IMG/VR virus record: IMGVR_UViG_3300046786_000370
Span: 15,927-79,926 of that record
Strand: one strand, 5' to 3'
DNA: 64,000 bases
From: a virus
Taxonomy: Duplodnaviria > Heunggongvirae > Uroviricota > Caudoviricetes
Positions 1 through 10,575 of this stretch are shown here, piece after piece. Every line of letters starts with the position of its first letter. The first letter of the stretch is position 1. The notes beneath the pieces were generated by a model. That model was not told the DNA's origin, searched no databases, and worked only from the letters and a program-made list of their open reading frames with translations. The position numbers and the translations under genes are program-made.

Positions 1-40
1 GTTGATAGCAAAATTCAAAAGGCCATTGACAATCCATTGG

Positions 41-712
41 CTAATAAGTAATAGCGGCTTTAACTAGACTATCTATACTATTAACAATGGGCACACCATT
101 TTCTTCTGTTATCTTAATAGCCAAAGGCAGTTCTGTACAACCAAGTACAACTGCTTTTGCGCCTCTATCTATCAAACTTTGAATTACTGTCATTAACATA
201 GCATATGATTTAACCAAGTCTCCGGCTTTAATCAATTCTATAGAAGGCTGAACTAATGTAGTTATTTCTTCTTGACTAGGAACAATACACGCCCAATCAG
301 TTAAACGATTTTGATACAATTCAGATTGTATTGTACCTTGTGTGGCTATTATTCCAATGGTGCCAACGACATTAATATCACGCAACTCATTGGCAACACT
401 ATCCACAATATGAACAATAGGAACTTTAAGCTTGACTAATTCGTCATACCAGTAATGTGCTGTATTACAGGGAATAACAACCATACTACAGCCAACTGCT
501 TTTAATACCTGTATGCCTTGTAACAAGTATGGTAATGGTCTATCATCGCCATTGCGAATACTTGTGCTTCTATCTGGTATTCTTGGTTCATTCCATAATA
601 CAAATGGAATATGTTCTTGGTCACAACTTGCGGGAGTTTGTTGTATTAATCGTGTTACATACTCGGCACTGGCTGCCGGGCCCATGCCACCTAGTACGCC
701 TATGCGTTTCAT
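41..712 (-). CDS. aspartate racemase (Asp/Glu racemase family)
   Basis: Starts MKRIGVLGGMGP and carries CNTAHYW, the two conserved racemase blocks; 223 aa. Confidence 0.75.
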   Translation of the reverse strand: MKRIGVLGGMGPAASAEYVTRLIQQTPASCDQEHIPFVLWNEPRIPDRSTSIRNGDDRPLPYLLQGIQVLKAVGCSMVVIPCNTAHYWYDELVKLKVPIVHIVDSVANELRDINVVGTIGIIATQGTIQSELYQNRLTDWACIVPSQEEITTLVQPSIELIKAGDLVKSYAMLMTVIQSLIDRGAKAVVLGCTELPLAIKITEENGVPIVNSIDSLVKAAITY

Positions 713-1311
713 TTCTTAAATAATAGAGAAGAAGCAATAACCATCGCAGTCTGTGCCGCTTCTACATCATCTGGTTTTTCTTTCCAGCCTACACTAATCT
801 GTCCTATAAACACACCAGGTTCTGCAGGAACGCTGATACGACACATATAGTTTACTCCGTATTCTTTATATACAAATCCAATAAGACTTTGTGGTTTAAG
901 ATATGGGCTACATGGAATCTTACCAGACATTAAACCTATAACGTCATTGTTGTTGTCATAGTTTTTAGAAAACAGTCCAACTTCTAATCCGTCATTTCGT
1001 TTATCTCTGCCGCCACTGCGAGTAGATAAAAAAACTACCTTACGTGTATTGATTAGTGTATTAACTTCTAAGAACGCAACCATCTCTGCGTCTGTATTCT
1101 TTAATAAGAAATTTAATGCTTCTTCATACTTGCCGTTCATCTTAGGTAATGCTTGTTGAGCACGGTAGGATGCCATAAAAGCATCCTTTTCTGTGTAAAT
1201 GACCCAGCCACCAAATCCTAATATACAAAGGAAGACAACCGTGAATAGGCGAAATGGACTTTCGCCTATATATGTTAATAAACCTAATAAAAAGTCTTTA
1301 AGCTTGTCCAT
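709..1311 (-). CDS. hypothetical membrane-anchored protein
   Basis: ORF with N-terminal TM segment; start moved to the internal Met to avoid overlapping the symporter. Confidence 0.4.
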   Translation of the reverse strand: MDKLKDFLLGLLTYIGESPFRLFTVVFLCILGFGGWVIYTEKDAFMASYRAQQALPKMNGKYEEALNFLLKNTDAEMVAFLEVNTLINTRKVVFLSTRSGGRDKRNDGLEVGLFSKNYDNNNDVIGLMSGKIPCSPYLKPQSLIGFVYKEYGVNYMCRISVPAEPGVFIGQISVGWKEKPDDVEAAQTAMVIASSLLFKK

Positions 1312-2572
1312 GCTCTTTTTCGGTCTCGCAGACAAATGCGGTTACTGCTACATTGCCGTGTACATGGCTTGCTGTGCGAATCATATCCATCAATGGATCA
1401 ACTGCGATCAACAATACCAACACAGCTTCACTTGGTAGTTTTAACAAATCACAGACAACTGCTACAGTGGCAACTGTTAGAATACCTGTTGTACCTGCTG
1501 ATGCCAGACCAGCAAGGATACTACCAAATAATACAACTAACAATCCTGTTACACCCAATGGTGCGTCATAGATGTTAGCAATGAATACTGTAGCGATAGC
1601 ATAGTAAACAATACTACCAATACGGTTAACAGTGAAACTTAGTGGAACCGTTAACTCAACTCCACCTTTGTCAAACTTCAACTTGTGTAGTGCTTCCTGT
1701 GCGTATGGGATACAAGCCAATGAACTACGTGAGCTAACAGCAACAATTAATGTTTCTTTAGTTTCTTTAATAACAGTAGCAAGACTTAAACCGCTTCTTG
1801 CCCAAATTACTGCTGTACCTGCGGCAATAACTAAGAAACCGCCAATTGCTTGTTGCATTACAAAGTCAAACATGGTCATAAAGATACCAACGCCAACTTT
1901 ACCTACTTGCGCTGAAATCATTGCTAATAACGCAATAGGTAGAAAGTAGTTTAGGAATTTGAATATGCTAATACTTGCTTGTTGAATACTTTTTAGTACT
2001 TCAACTAACATCTTTTGGCCTTCTGTTTGTAAGTGTCCAAGAGCGACACCGAATATCAAACAGAAGATAACGATCTTCAAACTTTCACCGTTGTTTAGTG
2101 TATTGAAAATGTTTTCTGGAATAAACTTCTCTGCCATCTTGCCTGCACTAACAGTCGGAGCAACTGGCATTGGTTCTTTTAGAGTGATATTCAGGTCAGT
2201 GCCACTGTCTTTGTCATTGACTAAAACACCGAGTTGTGTTTTCTTTTCCGGAGTCATTTCAGATCCAGTAACTACAACTGTGCCTACACCAATAACTGCG
2301 GCAATAAACATACTACTGACAAAGCCTACGATAATTCTACGAATTAATGTTTGACTGCCTTCTTTTTGTAGCAAACCAATGATACCAACTAGAATAGTTG
2401 CTAACAAGAATGGTAGCACAACTACCTTTAGCAAACTAATATAGATACTACCGATACTTTCAAAGTTCATGCTGAACTCGGGAGCATATACTCCACTTAA
2501 TATACCTACGATGATTGATCCTAAAATAGTCCAAGGACTAACCAGGAAACTTTTTAAATGTGCTGTTGTCAT
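1298..2572 (-). CDS. dicarboxylate/amino acid:cation symporter (DAACS, GltP/DctA-like)
   Basis: 424 aa polytopic protein with the Gly-rich hairpin-loop regions typical of the Na+/H+-dicarboxylate symporter family. Confidence 0.7.
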   Translation of the reverse strand: MTTAHLKSFLVSPWTILGSIIVGILSGVYAPEFSMNFESIGSIYISLLKVVVLPFLLATILVGIIGLLQKEGSQTLIRRIIVGFVSSMFIAAVIGVGTVVVTGSEMTPEKKTQLGVLVNDKDSGTDLNITLKEPMPVAPTVSAGKMAEKFIPENIFNTLNNGESLKIVIFCLIFGVALGHLQTEGQKMLVEVLKSIQQASISIFKFLNYFLPIALLAMISAQVGKVGVGIFMTMFDFVMQQAIGGFLVIAAGTAVIWARSGLSLATVIKETKETLIVAVSSRSSLACIPYAQEALHKLKFDKGGVELTVPLSFTVNRIGSIVYYAIATVFIANIYDAPLGVTGLLVVLFGSILAGLASAGTTGILTVATVAVVCDLLKLPSEAVLVLLIAVDPLMDMIRTASHVHGNVAVTAFVCETEKEHGQA

Positions 2573-2581
2573 GATGTGTCC

Positions 2582-3400
2582 TTATTTCTTTTCAGCTTTA
2601 TATCTGTCCATTAACTTTTTAGTGTCAATGTTACTGTATTCATTTTTAATAACGTAATTAACAATGCTTAACAATTGAACAGCTCGTGGGTTTACCGCTA
2701 TAGCAATGTTGTCTACGCTGTCTGAAATCGTAATACTCTTAGTTGTAATTGCCGCGTCTGGTTTTTCAAAACTAATTTTCTTAATTTCAAACTCATCACG
2801 ATAAGCGGCTGCAATCTCGCCCTTAGTAACTTTATCAATGATCACATCCCATTTATCTTCAGGAAGGAATGTTGCGTTAGGGAAGTTTATGCGAGCAAAT
2901 GTATCATAACTTGAATTGCGAATAAAACTTATCTTGCCATTGAACTCTCTGATGACTTGATAAACTTCTCGACCCTGACTGTTATAACTTAACCATAAGC
3001 GATTAATAACTAAACTTTGTCTTAGTTTAACATAAGGATCGCTAAATCTAACAACTTGTAAACGTGGTCCTGTAACAGACAATTTACTAACTGCTATGTC
3101 TGCACGACCGTCTCTAACCTGTTCTACAACTTCTGCAAAACTTTCTGCATCGCGTCTAAATTGTACTGGTACTCCAAGTAGGACACCAATTCGTCGCGCG
3201 ATCTCGACGTCAAGACCTCGAATATCGTCACCTTCTCCTGAGAAGAATGGTGGAACATCTTTTTTGGTCATTGCTACAACAAGAACGTTGGCTTTCTTAA
3301 TTGCGGCAATATCTGCGGGTAGTGGTACTGTTGATGTCGGCATCTGAGCAGATGCTAATGACGTAACTAGTACAAAAAGTAGAGTGAATAGTTTTTTCAT
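2582..3400 (-). CDS. periplasmic amino-acid-binding protein (family 3 solute-binding)
   Basis: Signal peptide MKKLFTLLFVLVTSLASA followed by a family-3 SBP-like fold; 272 aa. Confidence 0.55.
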   Translation of the reverse strand: MKKLFTLLFVLVTSLASAQMPTSTVPLPADIAAIKKANVLVVAMTKKDVPPFFSGEGDDIRGLDVEIARRIGVLLGVPVQFRRDAESFAEVVEQVRDGRADIAVSKLSVTGPRLQVVRFSDPYVKLRQSLVINRLWLSYNSQGREVYQVIREFNGKISFIRNSSYDTFARINFPNATFLPEDKWDVIIDKVTKGEIAAAYRDEFEIKKISFEKPDAAITTKSITISDSVDNIAIAVNPRAVQLLSIVNYVIKNEYSNIDTKKLMDRYKAEKK

Positions 3401-3448
3401 AGTAATTATATTTATGCTTAATTACTATAAGTATACTGACAACCAATA

Positions 3449-3853
3449 TTACGGGGCTGTAGTAATTTTGTAACTTCCTTCGGGTCTGGCACTATCCCTG
3501 CCAAACAATCTAACACCAAACCATGCGGTCCATGCGCTTACTGGGTTCATCCCATCTTTTCTACAGAATTTACGCATAATCATGTCAGCAGTAGCTCTAT
3601 AATTACGATTAAGCCCATATTCACGCATAAGTTGATAAAGCGCATCATGGACTAATGCGCCTCTCATAAAGTTTTTTGTATCAATAGTGGGACCGCTTGG
3701 GCCATCCCAAGCGTATCCTTTTCTAATTAACAAAGATCCATTGGGACCAAGTTCTATAAAAGGGCTAATAATGTATTCACCAAAGATTTCAACTTCTGTT
3801 ATAAAATCTTTTTCTAGTTGATACTTGTAGCCCCGTGAATATGTTATTTTCAT
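3449..3853 (-). CDS. DUF1353-like protein
   Basis: YAWDGPSGP...VHDALY motif block. Confidence 0.45.
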   Translation of the reverse strand: MKITYSRGYKYQLEKDFITEVEIFGEYIISPFIELGPNGSLLIRKGYAWDGPSGPTIDTKNFMRGALVHDALYQLMREYGLNRNYRATADMIMRKFCRKDGMNPVSAWTAWFGVRLFGRDSARPEGSYKITTAP

Positions 3854-3856
3854 AGT

Positions 3857-4447
3857 TTACATGAATAAGAATACACCCTGAGCACTTAACAACATGCCAA
3901 GGCCAGCAACAAAAAAGCTACCCCAGAACATTGGCATACTGACAGCAAGAATACTTGCTGATAATACAACAATACTCAATTGATACATTGTACTAGCATA
4001 ACCAATCCACGGGCTACGTTTCTTGGCTTCGTCACGTTCAGCTTCTAATGCTCGTGCCTTTTCCATTAGCTCTTTCTTACCTTCGCCAGTCTTAGGATCA
4101 CTTTCGTAACGGTCAATCTTGGCCTGTAGCTTTTCAGCTTTGGCTGTGTCTTTACGATAAACAGCATCATCTAAACTTTGTTCAGCTAGAGTTTGTTTAA
4201 TACTCTTAGCTTGATAGAATGCCCAAATATTGTTTGAGGAAATAGTGTTGTTTAAGGTCTTACTGCTTAAAGTACCACCATACCAGCTGTTAACTGCTAG
4301 TAATAAAGCGAATACAGAAATGACCATACCTGCTTTGTCTTTTAGTTTAGCTTCGCGTTCGCTACGTGAACCGACTGGAGGCTTAGGTGCGTCCGGATCC
4401 TTTGGTTGTTTGTTAATTAAATTTAATACTGAATCTATCAATGCCAT
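3857..4447 (-). CDS. membrane protein with coiled coil (DUF4337-like)
   Basis: N- and C-terminal TM segments flanking a Lys/Glu-rich coiled coil. Confidence 0.35.
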   Translation of the reverse strand: MALIDSVLNLINKQPKDPDAPKPPVGSRSEREAKLKDKAGMVISVFALLLAVNSWYGGTLSSKTLNNTISSNNIWAFYQAKSIKQTLAEQSLDDAVYRKDTAKAEKLQAKIDRYESDPKTGEGKKELMEKARALEAERDEAKKRSPWIGYASTMYQLSIVVLSASILAVSMPMFWGSFFVAGLGMLLSAQGVFLFM

Positions 4448-4459
4448 TTTACTTTCCTT

Positions 4460-5335
4460 TTATAATCCACTGGCACCAGTAGTTGCCCATTCGCGAGCAC
4501 CACTTGGTAATGTGCGTTCACAGGCTAGTTGAGCCACTAATGTAGTCACCACACCTGCTACTACAGCCGCACAGCTTTGTGGTACAATCATTGCACCAGC
4601 TGCCGCATCCATTGACTTAGCCAATGTAAATGCGATCGCGTCTGTTAAAATTTGTTTGTTTGAATTGCCAATAGCTTTACGAATATCTGAACTGATCCAA
4701 ATTAATTCAACGAAAGCTGCCGCAGTTAAATCACAGGCAGCACCTAATGCCACAGCACCTACTGTTTCCTTAGCACTTAGATAAAGAATAGCCGTTGAGC
4801 TTAGTGGCGCCGTAGCCGCAGTAGTTGTTGCTTGACTGCTTGGTTCAGGGCGATATAGTAAAGCCGCAAAGATTGTGCCTAATGCGATACTGACACCAAT
4901 TTGGCAGTAGTTAGCTTCTACCCATTCAGCAATAAGTTCGCCACCTTGTTGGACAGCATACACGCCTTGTTTGGCACCTTGCTCCATGGCCCTGACAGCA
5001 AGTTTACTGCCAGCTTCAACGTCATTTAATGCGGCGCCAGCAACTTTGGCAGTGACCATGGCATTACGAGTAGCAATAGTCTTAGCCTGACCTGCTGAAC
5101 TAACTGCTATGTTCTTAACATTGTTTACAGTTTCGTTGGCAAAGTTAGTTGCTTCACTTGTTACGTTACCTGCTGTATCAACAATAGTTCTACCGGCAAC
5201 ATTAACTGCTTTGGTAGTTTCTTTTGCTACTGTGTTGGCAGTATTAGTAACTGTGTTGGCAACTGTGTTAGCCGCACCTGTTACGGCATTTGATACACTT
5301 TTCCAGCTTTTCTTTTTAAACGGATTCCATCCCAT
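4460..5335 (-). CDS. Ala/Thr/Val-rich hypothetical protein
   Basis: 291 aa ORF with low-complexity ANTVANTVTNTANTV repeats. Confidence 0.4.
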   Translation of the reverse strand: MGWNPFKKKSWKSVSNAVTGAANTVANTVTNTANTVAKETTKAVNVAGRTIVDTAGNVTSEATNFANETVNNVKNIAVSSAGQAKTIATRNAMVTAKVAGAALNDVEAGSKLAVRAMEQGAKQGVYAVQQGGELIAEWVEANYCQIGVSIALGTIFAALLYRPEPSSQATTTAATAPLSSTAILYLSAKETVGAVALGAACDLTAAAFVELIWISSDIRKAIGNSNKQILTDAIAFTLAKSMDAAAGAMIVPQSCAAVVAGVVTTLVAQLACERTLPSGAREWATTGASGL

Positions 5336-5556
5336 GATTATTTTTCCTTTTTAGCCTTGGGCTTTTTTGGTCCGGCTTCTTCAGCCTTCTTTTTAATTTC
5401 CTCTAGAATAGGACTAGAAGTTCTGTGTGGGTGTGTCTTTTCAGGCTCTTTAATATGCGGACGTCTTTTAAACCAACTCATATAAGCTCCTTAATATATA
5501 GTTATTTAGTAGGTTTTGGTTATAGCTATAGATAAATAATCATATAGGAGTCCATT

Positions 5557-6192
5557 ATGGAATTTACATTTGATTTTACTGCTGAACAATTAGCTCAGTG
5601 TATTACTAAGAACAAAAACCCGCAAGAATGGTATGAGGGTTTATACGAACAGCTACCAAAGTTTGCTATCGTGACACCTGCTCGTGTTGCTGGTTTTATC
5701 AGCCAATGCCAACATGAAAGCGCAGACTTTACTATTCTTACAGAAAACCTAAACTACGGTGCTAAAGGTTTGATGGGTATTTTTAAGAAATACTATCCAG
5801 ACGAAGCATTAGCCAAAGCACATGAACGCAAGCCACAGTTAATTGCTAATCGCGTTTACAGTGGACGCATGGGCAATGGGCCAGAATCCAGCGGAGATGG
5901 TTGGAAGTTCAGAGGGCGCGGCCTAGTTCAACTTACAGGTCGCAGTAACTACACACAATGTAGCAGAGACTTGTTTGGAGATGATTGTTTAGTTGATGAT
6001 CCAGATTTGTTGTTAAATCCAGAATGGGCCATTTTAAGTGCCTGCTGGTTCTGGCATAAGAATCGTTTAAATGATATCTGCGACAAGGGCGATGTTGTAT
6101 TACTAAGCAAACGCATTAATGGCGGTACAATTGGCCTTGCTGACCGTATCCATCACTGGAATAAGTGTCTGGAATTATTTGAGCCACATTAA
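5557..6192 (+). CDS. GH19 chitinase-like endolysin
   Basis: QCQHES...NY...GDGWKFRGRGLVQLTGRSNY, the GH19 catalytic signature; followed by a hairpin terminator. Confidence 0.75.
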   Translation: MEFTFDFTAEQLAQCITKNKNPQEWYEGLYEQLPKFAIVTPARVAGFISQCQHESADFTILTENLNYGAKGLMGIFKKYYPDEALAKAHERKPQLIANRVYSGRMGNGPESSGDGWKFRGRGLVQLTGRSNYTQCSRDLFGDDCLVDDPDLLLNPEWAILSACWFWHKNRLNDICDKGDVVLLSKRINGGTIGLADRIHHWNKCLELFEPH

Positions 6193-6362
6193 TGGAACAA
6201 TACATGGATGATTATGAAAGTTACAAGCGGTTCACTGCCGCTTGTAAATGTTCGGTTTGTAGTTGCCGACATCATTGTGGATCAAGTTGCAAGTGTGATA
6301 CTTGCCCTGACTGCGAATGTGAGCATTGTGTTACCAATGACGAATCACTCCGGCAACAATAA
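6192..6362 (+). CDS. small Cys-rich protein (metallothionein-like CxC repeats)
   Basis: 56-codon ORF whose start overlaps the endolysin stop (TAATG); CKCSVCSCRHHCGSSCKCDTCPDCECEHC. Confidence 0.35.
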   Translation: MEQYMDDYESYKRFTAACKCSVCSCRHHCGSSCKCDTCPDCECEHCVTNDESLRQQ

Positions 6363-6401
6363 AAATATTAGTTATAATATAACATAAGACAATACAAGAG
6401 C

Positions 6402-6431
6402 GGATAATAGCAATTTTATCCGCTTCTTTGT
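6402..6431. terminator. hairpin GCGGATAA-N8-TTATCCGC followed by a T-rich run
   Basis: Sits in the convergent gap between the endolysin and isocitrate lyase genes. Confidence 0.45.
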
Positions 6432-6479
6432 CTGTGGCTCCAGATTTTTCACCTAGAGCCTTTGCCCACAACCTCCACA

Positions 6480-7691
6480 TTAATGGAACTGATCTGCTTC
6501 TGTTGAATTGGCCAATGCTGTAGTCGATGTCGCACCAACTGCTGTGGCAATAGCATCAAAGTAAGGAACACCTGCTTCACGTTGGTGACGTACAGTTGTA
6601 AACTTACTATTGTTTCCTGTAGCGAATTCTAATTGTTGTAAATCAGAATACGCACCCATACCTTCTTCAGCATAGGCCTTAGCAAGACTAAATGTAGCTA
6701 GGTTAACTGAGTGGAATCCTGCAAGTGTAATGAACTGGAACTTATATCCCATCTTACCTAATTCAATTTGGAACTGTACACATTCTTCACGTGTCAAATG
6801 CTTACGCCAATTAAAACTAGGACTACAGTTATAAGCAAGCATTTGTTCAGGAAACTCAGCGTGGATGGCTTCAGCAAACTTGCGAGCTTGTGCCAAATCA
6901 GGCGTCGAAGTTTCAAACCATAAGAGATCAGCGTAAGGGGCATAAGCAAGACCTCGCCCAATACAAGCATCAATGCCGTTTTTAAATTTGTAAAAACCTT
7001 CTTCAGTACGTTCATTGATAATAAACTCCTTATCCAATGGATCGTGGTCGCTGGTAATCAGCGTGGCGGCTTCGGCATCAGTGCGAGCCATAATAACTGT
7101 GTCAACGCCTGCTACATCTGCGGCTAAACGTGCGGCATTTAATGTACGAATCATTTGACTTGTTGGTACAAGTACTTTACCACCTAAGTGACCGCATTTC
7201 TTTTCACTTGCCAATTGATCCTCAAAGTGTACGCCCGCGGCACCTGCTTCAATCATTGCTGTCATAAGTTCGTATGCGTTCAATGCGCCACCAAAGCCAG
7301 CTTCGGCATCAGCAACAATAGGAAGGAAGTAATCAGTTTCAACTTTACCTTCCAGGAATTCAATTTGATCAGCACGACGGAAAGCATTATTAATACCTTT
7401 AACAACTTTTGGCACACTATCAACAGGATACAAACTTTGATCCGGATATGTTGTGTTAGCAGTATTGTTAGCGGCAGCAACTTGCCAGCCGCTCAAGTAA
7501 ATTGCTTTCAATCCTGCTTTAGCATGTTGTACTGCCATTTGGCCATTGTAAGCACCTAGCGTGTTTACATAGTCTTCATTGGCTAATAGTTCACGCAACT
7601 TGGCGGCGCCACGTTTAGCTAACGTGTGTTCGATTAATACGCTACCTTGTAGTCGGCGTACATCTTCTTGTGTGTAGTTTCTCTTTTTCAT
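6480..7691 (-). CDS. aceA: isocitrate lyase
   Basis: KKCGHLGGK catalytic signature; 403 aa. Confidence 0.8.
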   Translation of the reverse strand: MKKRNYTQEDVRRLQGSVLIEHTLAKRGAAKLRELLANEDYVNTLGAYNGQMAVQHAKAGLKAIYLSGWQVAAANNTANTTYPDQSLYPVDSVPKVVKGINNAFRRADQIEFLEGKVETDYFLPIVADAEAGFGGALNAYELMTAMIEAGAAGVHFEDQLASEKKCGHLGGKVLVPTSQMIRTLNAARLAADVAGVDTVIMARTDAEAATLITSDHDPLDKEFIINERTEEGFYKFKNGIDACIGRGLAYAPYADLLWFETSTPDLAQARKFAEAIHAEFPEQMLAYNCSPSFNWRKHLTREECVQFQIELGKMGYKFQFITLAGFHSVNLATFSLAKAYAEEGMGAYSDLQQLEFATGNNSKFTTVRHQREAGVPYFDAIATAVGATSTTALANSTEADQFH

Positions 7692-8372
7692 TTAGTTTCC
7701 TTTAATTTTAGTTCTATAATACTGTTTAGCGGTTAAAATAATTCCGCCTGCCCAAGGCAATATGTTTTCATAAAAGTCGTGCATCGGATCAAGATGATTA
7801 TCAATAAAAGGTTCGTGTACAATCATTTTAATTGCTACTACATATAATACAAATGCTCCAACAAAAATACTATCAGGATACTTGTCCATAATCTTAGAGA
7901 CTAATGTACTACCAAACAAGATAATAGGAACACTAACTAATAAACCAAATATAATCAACAACCAATTGCCACCAGCGGCTCCTGCAATAGCTAGAGCATT
8001 GTCAAGACCCATTACAGCGTCAGCCATAACGATCGTACCCATAGCACCCCAGAATGTAGTAGCGGCTTTAATATTATTATGATCTTCATTAGATGAAGTT
8101 AGTTTCCAAGCAATATAAATTAACATCAATCCACCAACTAATCTAAGTCCTGGAATCATCAGCAAATAAGTTAATGCGGCCACACAAACAAATCTAACTG
8201 CTACAGCACCAAAGGTACCCCATAGCATAGCACGTTTACGCAAATGTTCTGGCAGTTGTTTAGCCGCCATAGCAATGACTAATGCGTTTTCACCACCTAG
8301 AACTACGTCGATTAATATAATGGCTAGTAAAGCCCAAATAAATTCCATCATACAAACAAGTCCTCGTTCCAT
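7692..8372 (-). CDS. TerC-family integral membrane protein
   Basis: Duplicated GGENALVIA and DNALAIAGAA motifs; polytopic. Confidence 0.6.
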   Translation of the reverse strand: MERGLVCMMEFIWALLAIILIDVVLGGENALVIAMAAKQLPEHLRKRAMLWGTFGAVAVRFVCVAALTYLLMIPGLRLVGGLMLIYIAWKLTSSNEDHNNIKAATTFWGAMGTIVMADAVMGLDNALAIAGAAGGNWLLIIFGLLVSVPIILFGSTLVSKIMDKYPDSIFVGAFVLYVVAIKMIVHEPFIDNHLDPMHDFYENILPWAGGIILTAKQYYRTKIKGN

Positions 8373-8851
8373 TCACGATGACCTTCTCTGAAAGCCATAT
8401 TGCTTTGAGTTTCTCTAACTTCTACTCTATAGCACCACAAACGTTCTGCTTCACCTGGTCCCCACATCTCAGGGATATAAACTCCGTTAACATACTTATA
8501 AAGCATGTCGCTAAGACCCTCACAGCCCAGTCTAGGTAATACAACTACCTTGGCCATTTTCTTAGCTTCTAACAGTTTATAAGTTTCCATTTCTGGATCA
8601 TCTGCTGCCACAATAAGTGTATGATCAAATTGATCTTCTAGTGTTTTCTTTAGTTCTTTAAGCCCGCCATAGTCAGCGGCCCAATTGCGAACATCCAAGT
8701 TATCAGTACCAAAGTAAAACTTCATGCTAAACGAATAGCCATGTATTAGATTACAGTGACTATCAGCTCTCCACTGGCGATAAGCGCAAGGGAATGCATC
8801 GTGATATTCTTTTGTACTAGTGTACTTGTATGTTATAGGTTGATTTGCCAT
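8348..8851 (-). CDS. 6-pyruvoyl-tetrahydropterin synthase / QueD-like
   Basis: HCNLIHGYSF aligns to the QueD/PTPS zinc-site motif CxxxHGHSF. Confidence 0.5.
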   Translation of the reverse strand: MANQPITYKYTSTKEYHDAFPCAYRQWRADSHCNLIHGYSFSMKFYFGTDNLDVRNWAADYGGLKELKKTLEDQFDHTLIVAADDPEMETYKLLEAKKMAKVVVLPRLGCEGLSDMLYKYVNGVYIPEMWGPGEAERLWCYRVEVRETQSNMAFREGHREWNEDLFV

Positions 8852-8943
8852 CTCTAGTCTCCTTTAATAAGTAGCAAGTTTGACGACATGCAGAATTTAT
8901 ATAGCGGGGTGAATGACGTTGAAAAGGCCGCTGTCAATACTTA

Positions 8944-9777
8944 TTACGGCCTGCCTATTAGCATGACCCTTTTGTATCCTTTTAACTGTAGTTCTCCTTC
9001 AAAAAAGATTTCTTTCATAGGGAACTTCTTTTTCATATGATCCACACTATGAACACAATTAATGTGCTCAGGTATATCAAATAAATTATTACTTTGAATG
9101 GCTACAATAGGATTGCTTTCCAATTCTTTAAAACGAATTTGGTGAAACCATTCTTCACTCATATGCTCAGCACTGGTATTGATGATTAAATCTGGTAAAA
9201 ACTTTTCGCTGTACTTTGTGCTATCTTTGAAGTTTTCCACATCCCATTCGTAGCCATTTTTGTGCAGTGTTAATTCATTTATATTTGCGTTAACTGCTTT
9301 AACTTTATAGTTTTCTAAATTTGTAATGTTAAAAATATAGTCACTGGTTTCGCAGGCTTCTTTGTCTAATTCTATTATACGCATTTTACTGTATGTAAGA
9401 CGCTTGTCGTATATTGTTTTAATTTGACCAAACCATCCTGCCATAACTGCTACATTGTCATAGTTAGAATTAATCTTAGCCAACTCTTCTACCAGCCATA
9501 TTTTGCTACGCATTTGACTACGACTCATTGCATCTTGTATTGGCAAACCTTCATGCTTTTCTTTTAAGTAATTATTAATACCCCTGAAGATTTTATCATT
9601 GGGATTTCTTTTAGAAATAATTCTAACATAGCAAGCCAGCAATGCTTCTTCTATATTGTCAGTACCAAAAGCTTTGCCTATTTCGTTGGTAAGATATACA
9701 TCTTCATCGCTGTTACCGCAAAACTTTAAATACTCTTCTAAACCAAAGAATACTTCTCTAACACTTGTATTTTCCAT
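8944..9777 (-). CDS. hypothetical protein
   Basis: 277 aa ORF with no confident motif. Confidence 0.4.
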   Translation of the reverse strand: MENTSVREVFFGLEEYLKFCGNSDEDVYLTNEIGKAFGTDNIEEALLACYVRIISKRNPNDKIFRGINNYLKEKHEGLPIQDAMSRSQMRSKIWLVEELAKINSNYDNVAVMAGWFGQIKTIYDKRLTYSKMRIIELDKEACETSDYIFNITNLENYKVKAVNANINELTLHKNGYEWDVENFKDSTKYSEKFLPDLIINTSAEHMSEEWFHQIRFKELESNPIVAIQSNNLFDIPEHINCVHSVDHMKKKFPMKEIFFEGELQLKGYKRVMLIGRP

Positions 9778-10340
9778 TATTTTCTCTCAGGATATTTTGT
9801 TATATTTAGATTTCTAAAACAACTTTGTAAGGCAACAATTTGACTCCAACAATCCCAAGCGGCATGGTGTAGTCGAGGATTAGGACGCTCATGTTCTACA
9901 AGTCCATATACAGTTCTAGTATCTTTAACTTGCCAATACTGCCAAGGAAAACCTCTATGTAATTGTTTACAGACTTCTTCTAAAATAACAATATCAAAGG
10001 CAGGACCATTGGCCCACATTGTATTGTAGCCCCCGCACCAACGATGAAAGTCACGCATTACTTCTTGTATAGGATGTCTGTCTTCTTCTGTAAATGCTTC
10101 AAACTGAACTTCGGGACTTTGTTTAGCCCACCATGCTAGTGTATTATCATCAATATGTGCCGTGGGCCAATTAAAACTTTCGGGATCAATTCTACGATAA
10201 AATGTATCCATTAGAATAGTATCACCTTCAAAACTTTCACGGTCGTCGGCAAAAGGATCAAAGCGAATCGCGCCGATTGTAATTACTACACTTTGTGGTG
10301 TGGTGGCTAGAGTTTCGATGTCCACCATTATGTCTGCCAT
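9777..10340 (-). CDS. DEDDh 3'-5' exonuclease (RNase T-like)
   Basis: MADIMVDIETL...HHAAWDCW acidic and His blocks. Confidence 0.6.
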   Translation of the reverse strand: MADIMVDIETLATTPQSVVITIGAIRFDPFADDRESFEGDTILMDTFYRRIDPESFNWPTAHIDDNTLAWWAKQSPEVQFEAFTEEDRHPIQEVMRDFHRWCGGYNTMWANGPAFDIVILEEVCKQLHRGFPWQYWQVKDTRTVYGLVEHERPNPRLHHAAWDCWSQIVALQSCFRNLNITKYPERK

Positions 10341-10341
10341 A

Positions 10342-10575
10342 TTATGCCTTTGTTTGTTTACGTTCGAGGTCCTGCCAGGCTTCCTCTTCTTCTATTGTAA
10401 CACCAGGAAGTTGTTTTGTCAACTGCCAAGAACCGTTACCCAAATCTTTCCATTCCAGTATGTCACCTTCTTTCCAGCCAGTTTGGGCTAAAAGGTCTGC
10501 AGGAAACTCTAACATAGAATCGCCAGTTTTTGGATCTTCTTTTACGTCTAATACCCAACTTGTTTTATTCGTCAT
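10342..10575 (-). CDS. hypothetical protein
   Basis: 77 aa ORF tightly packed in the operon. Confidence 0.35.
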   Translation of the reverse strand: MTNKTSWVLDVKEDPKTGDSMLEFPADLLAQTGWKEGDILEWKDLGNGSWQLTKQLPGVTIEEEEAWQDLERKQTKA

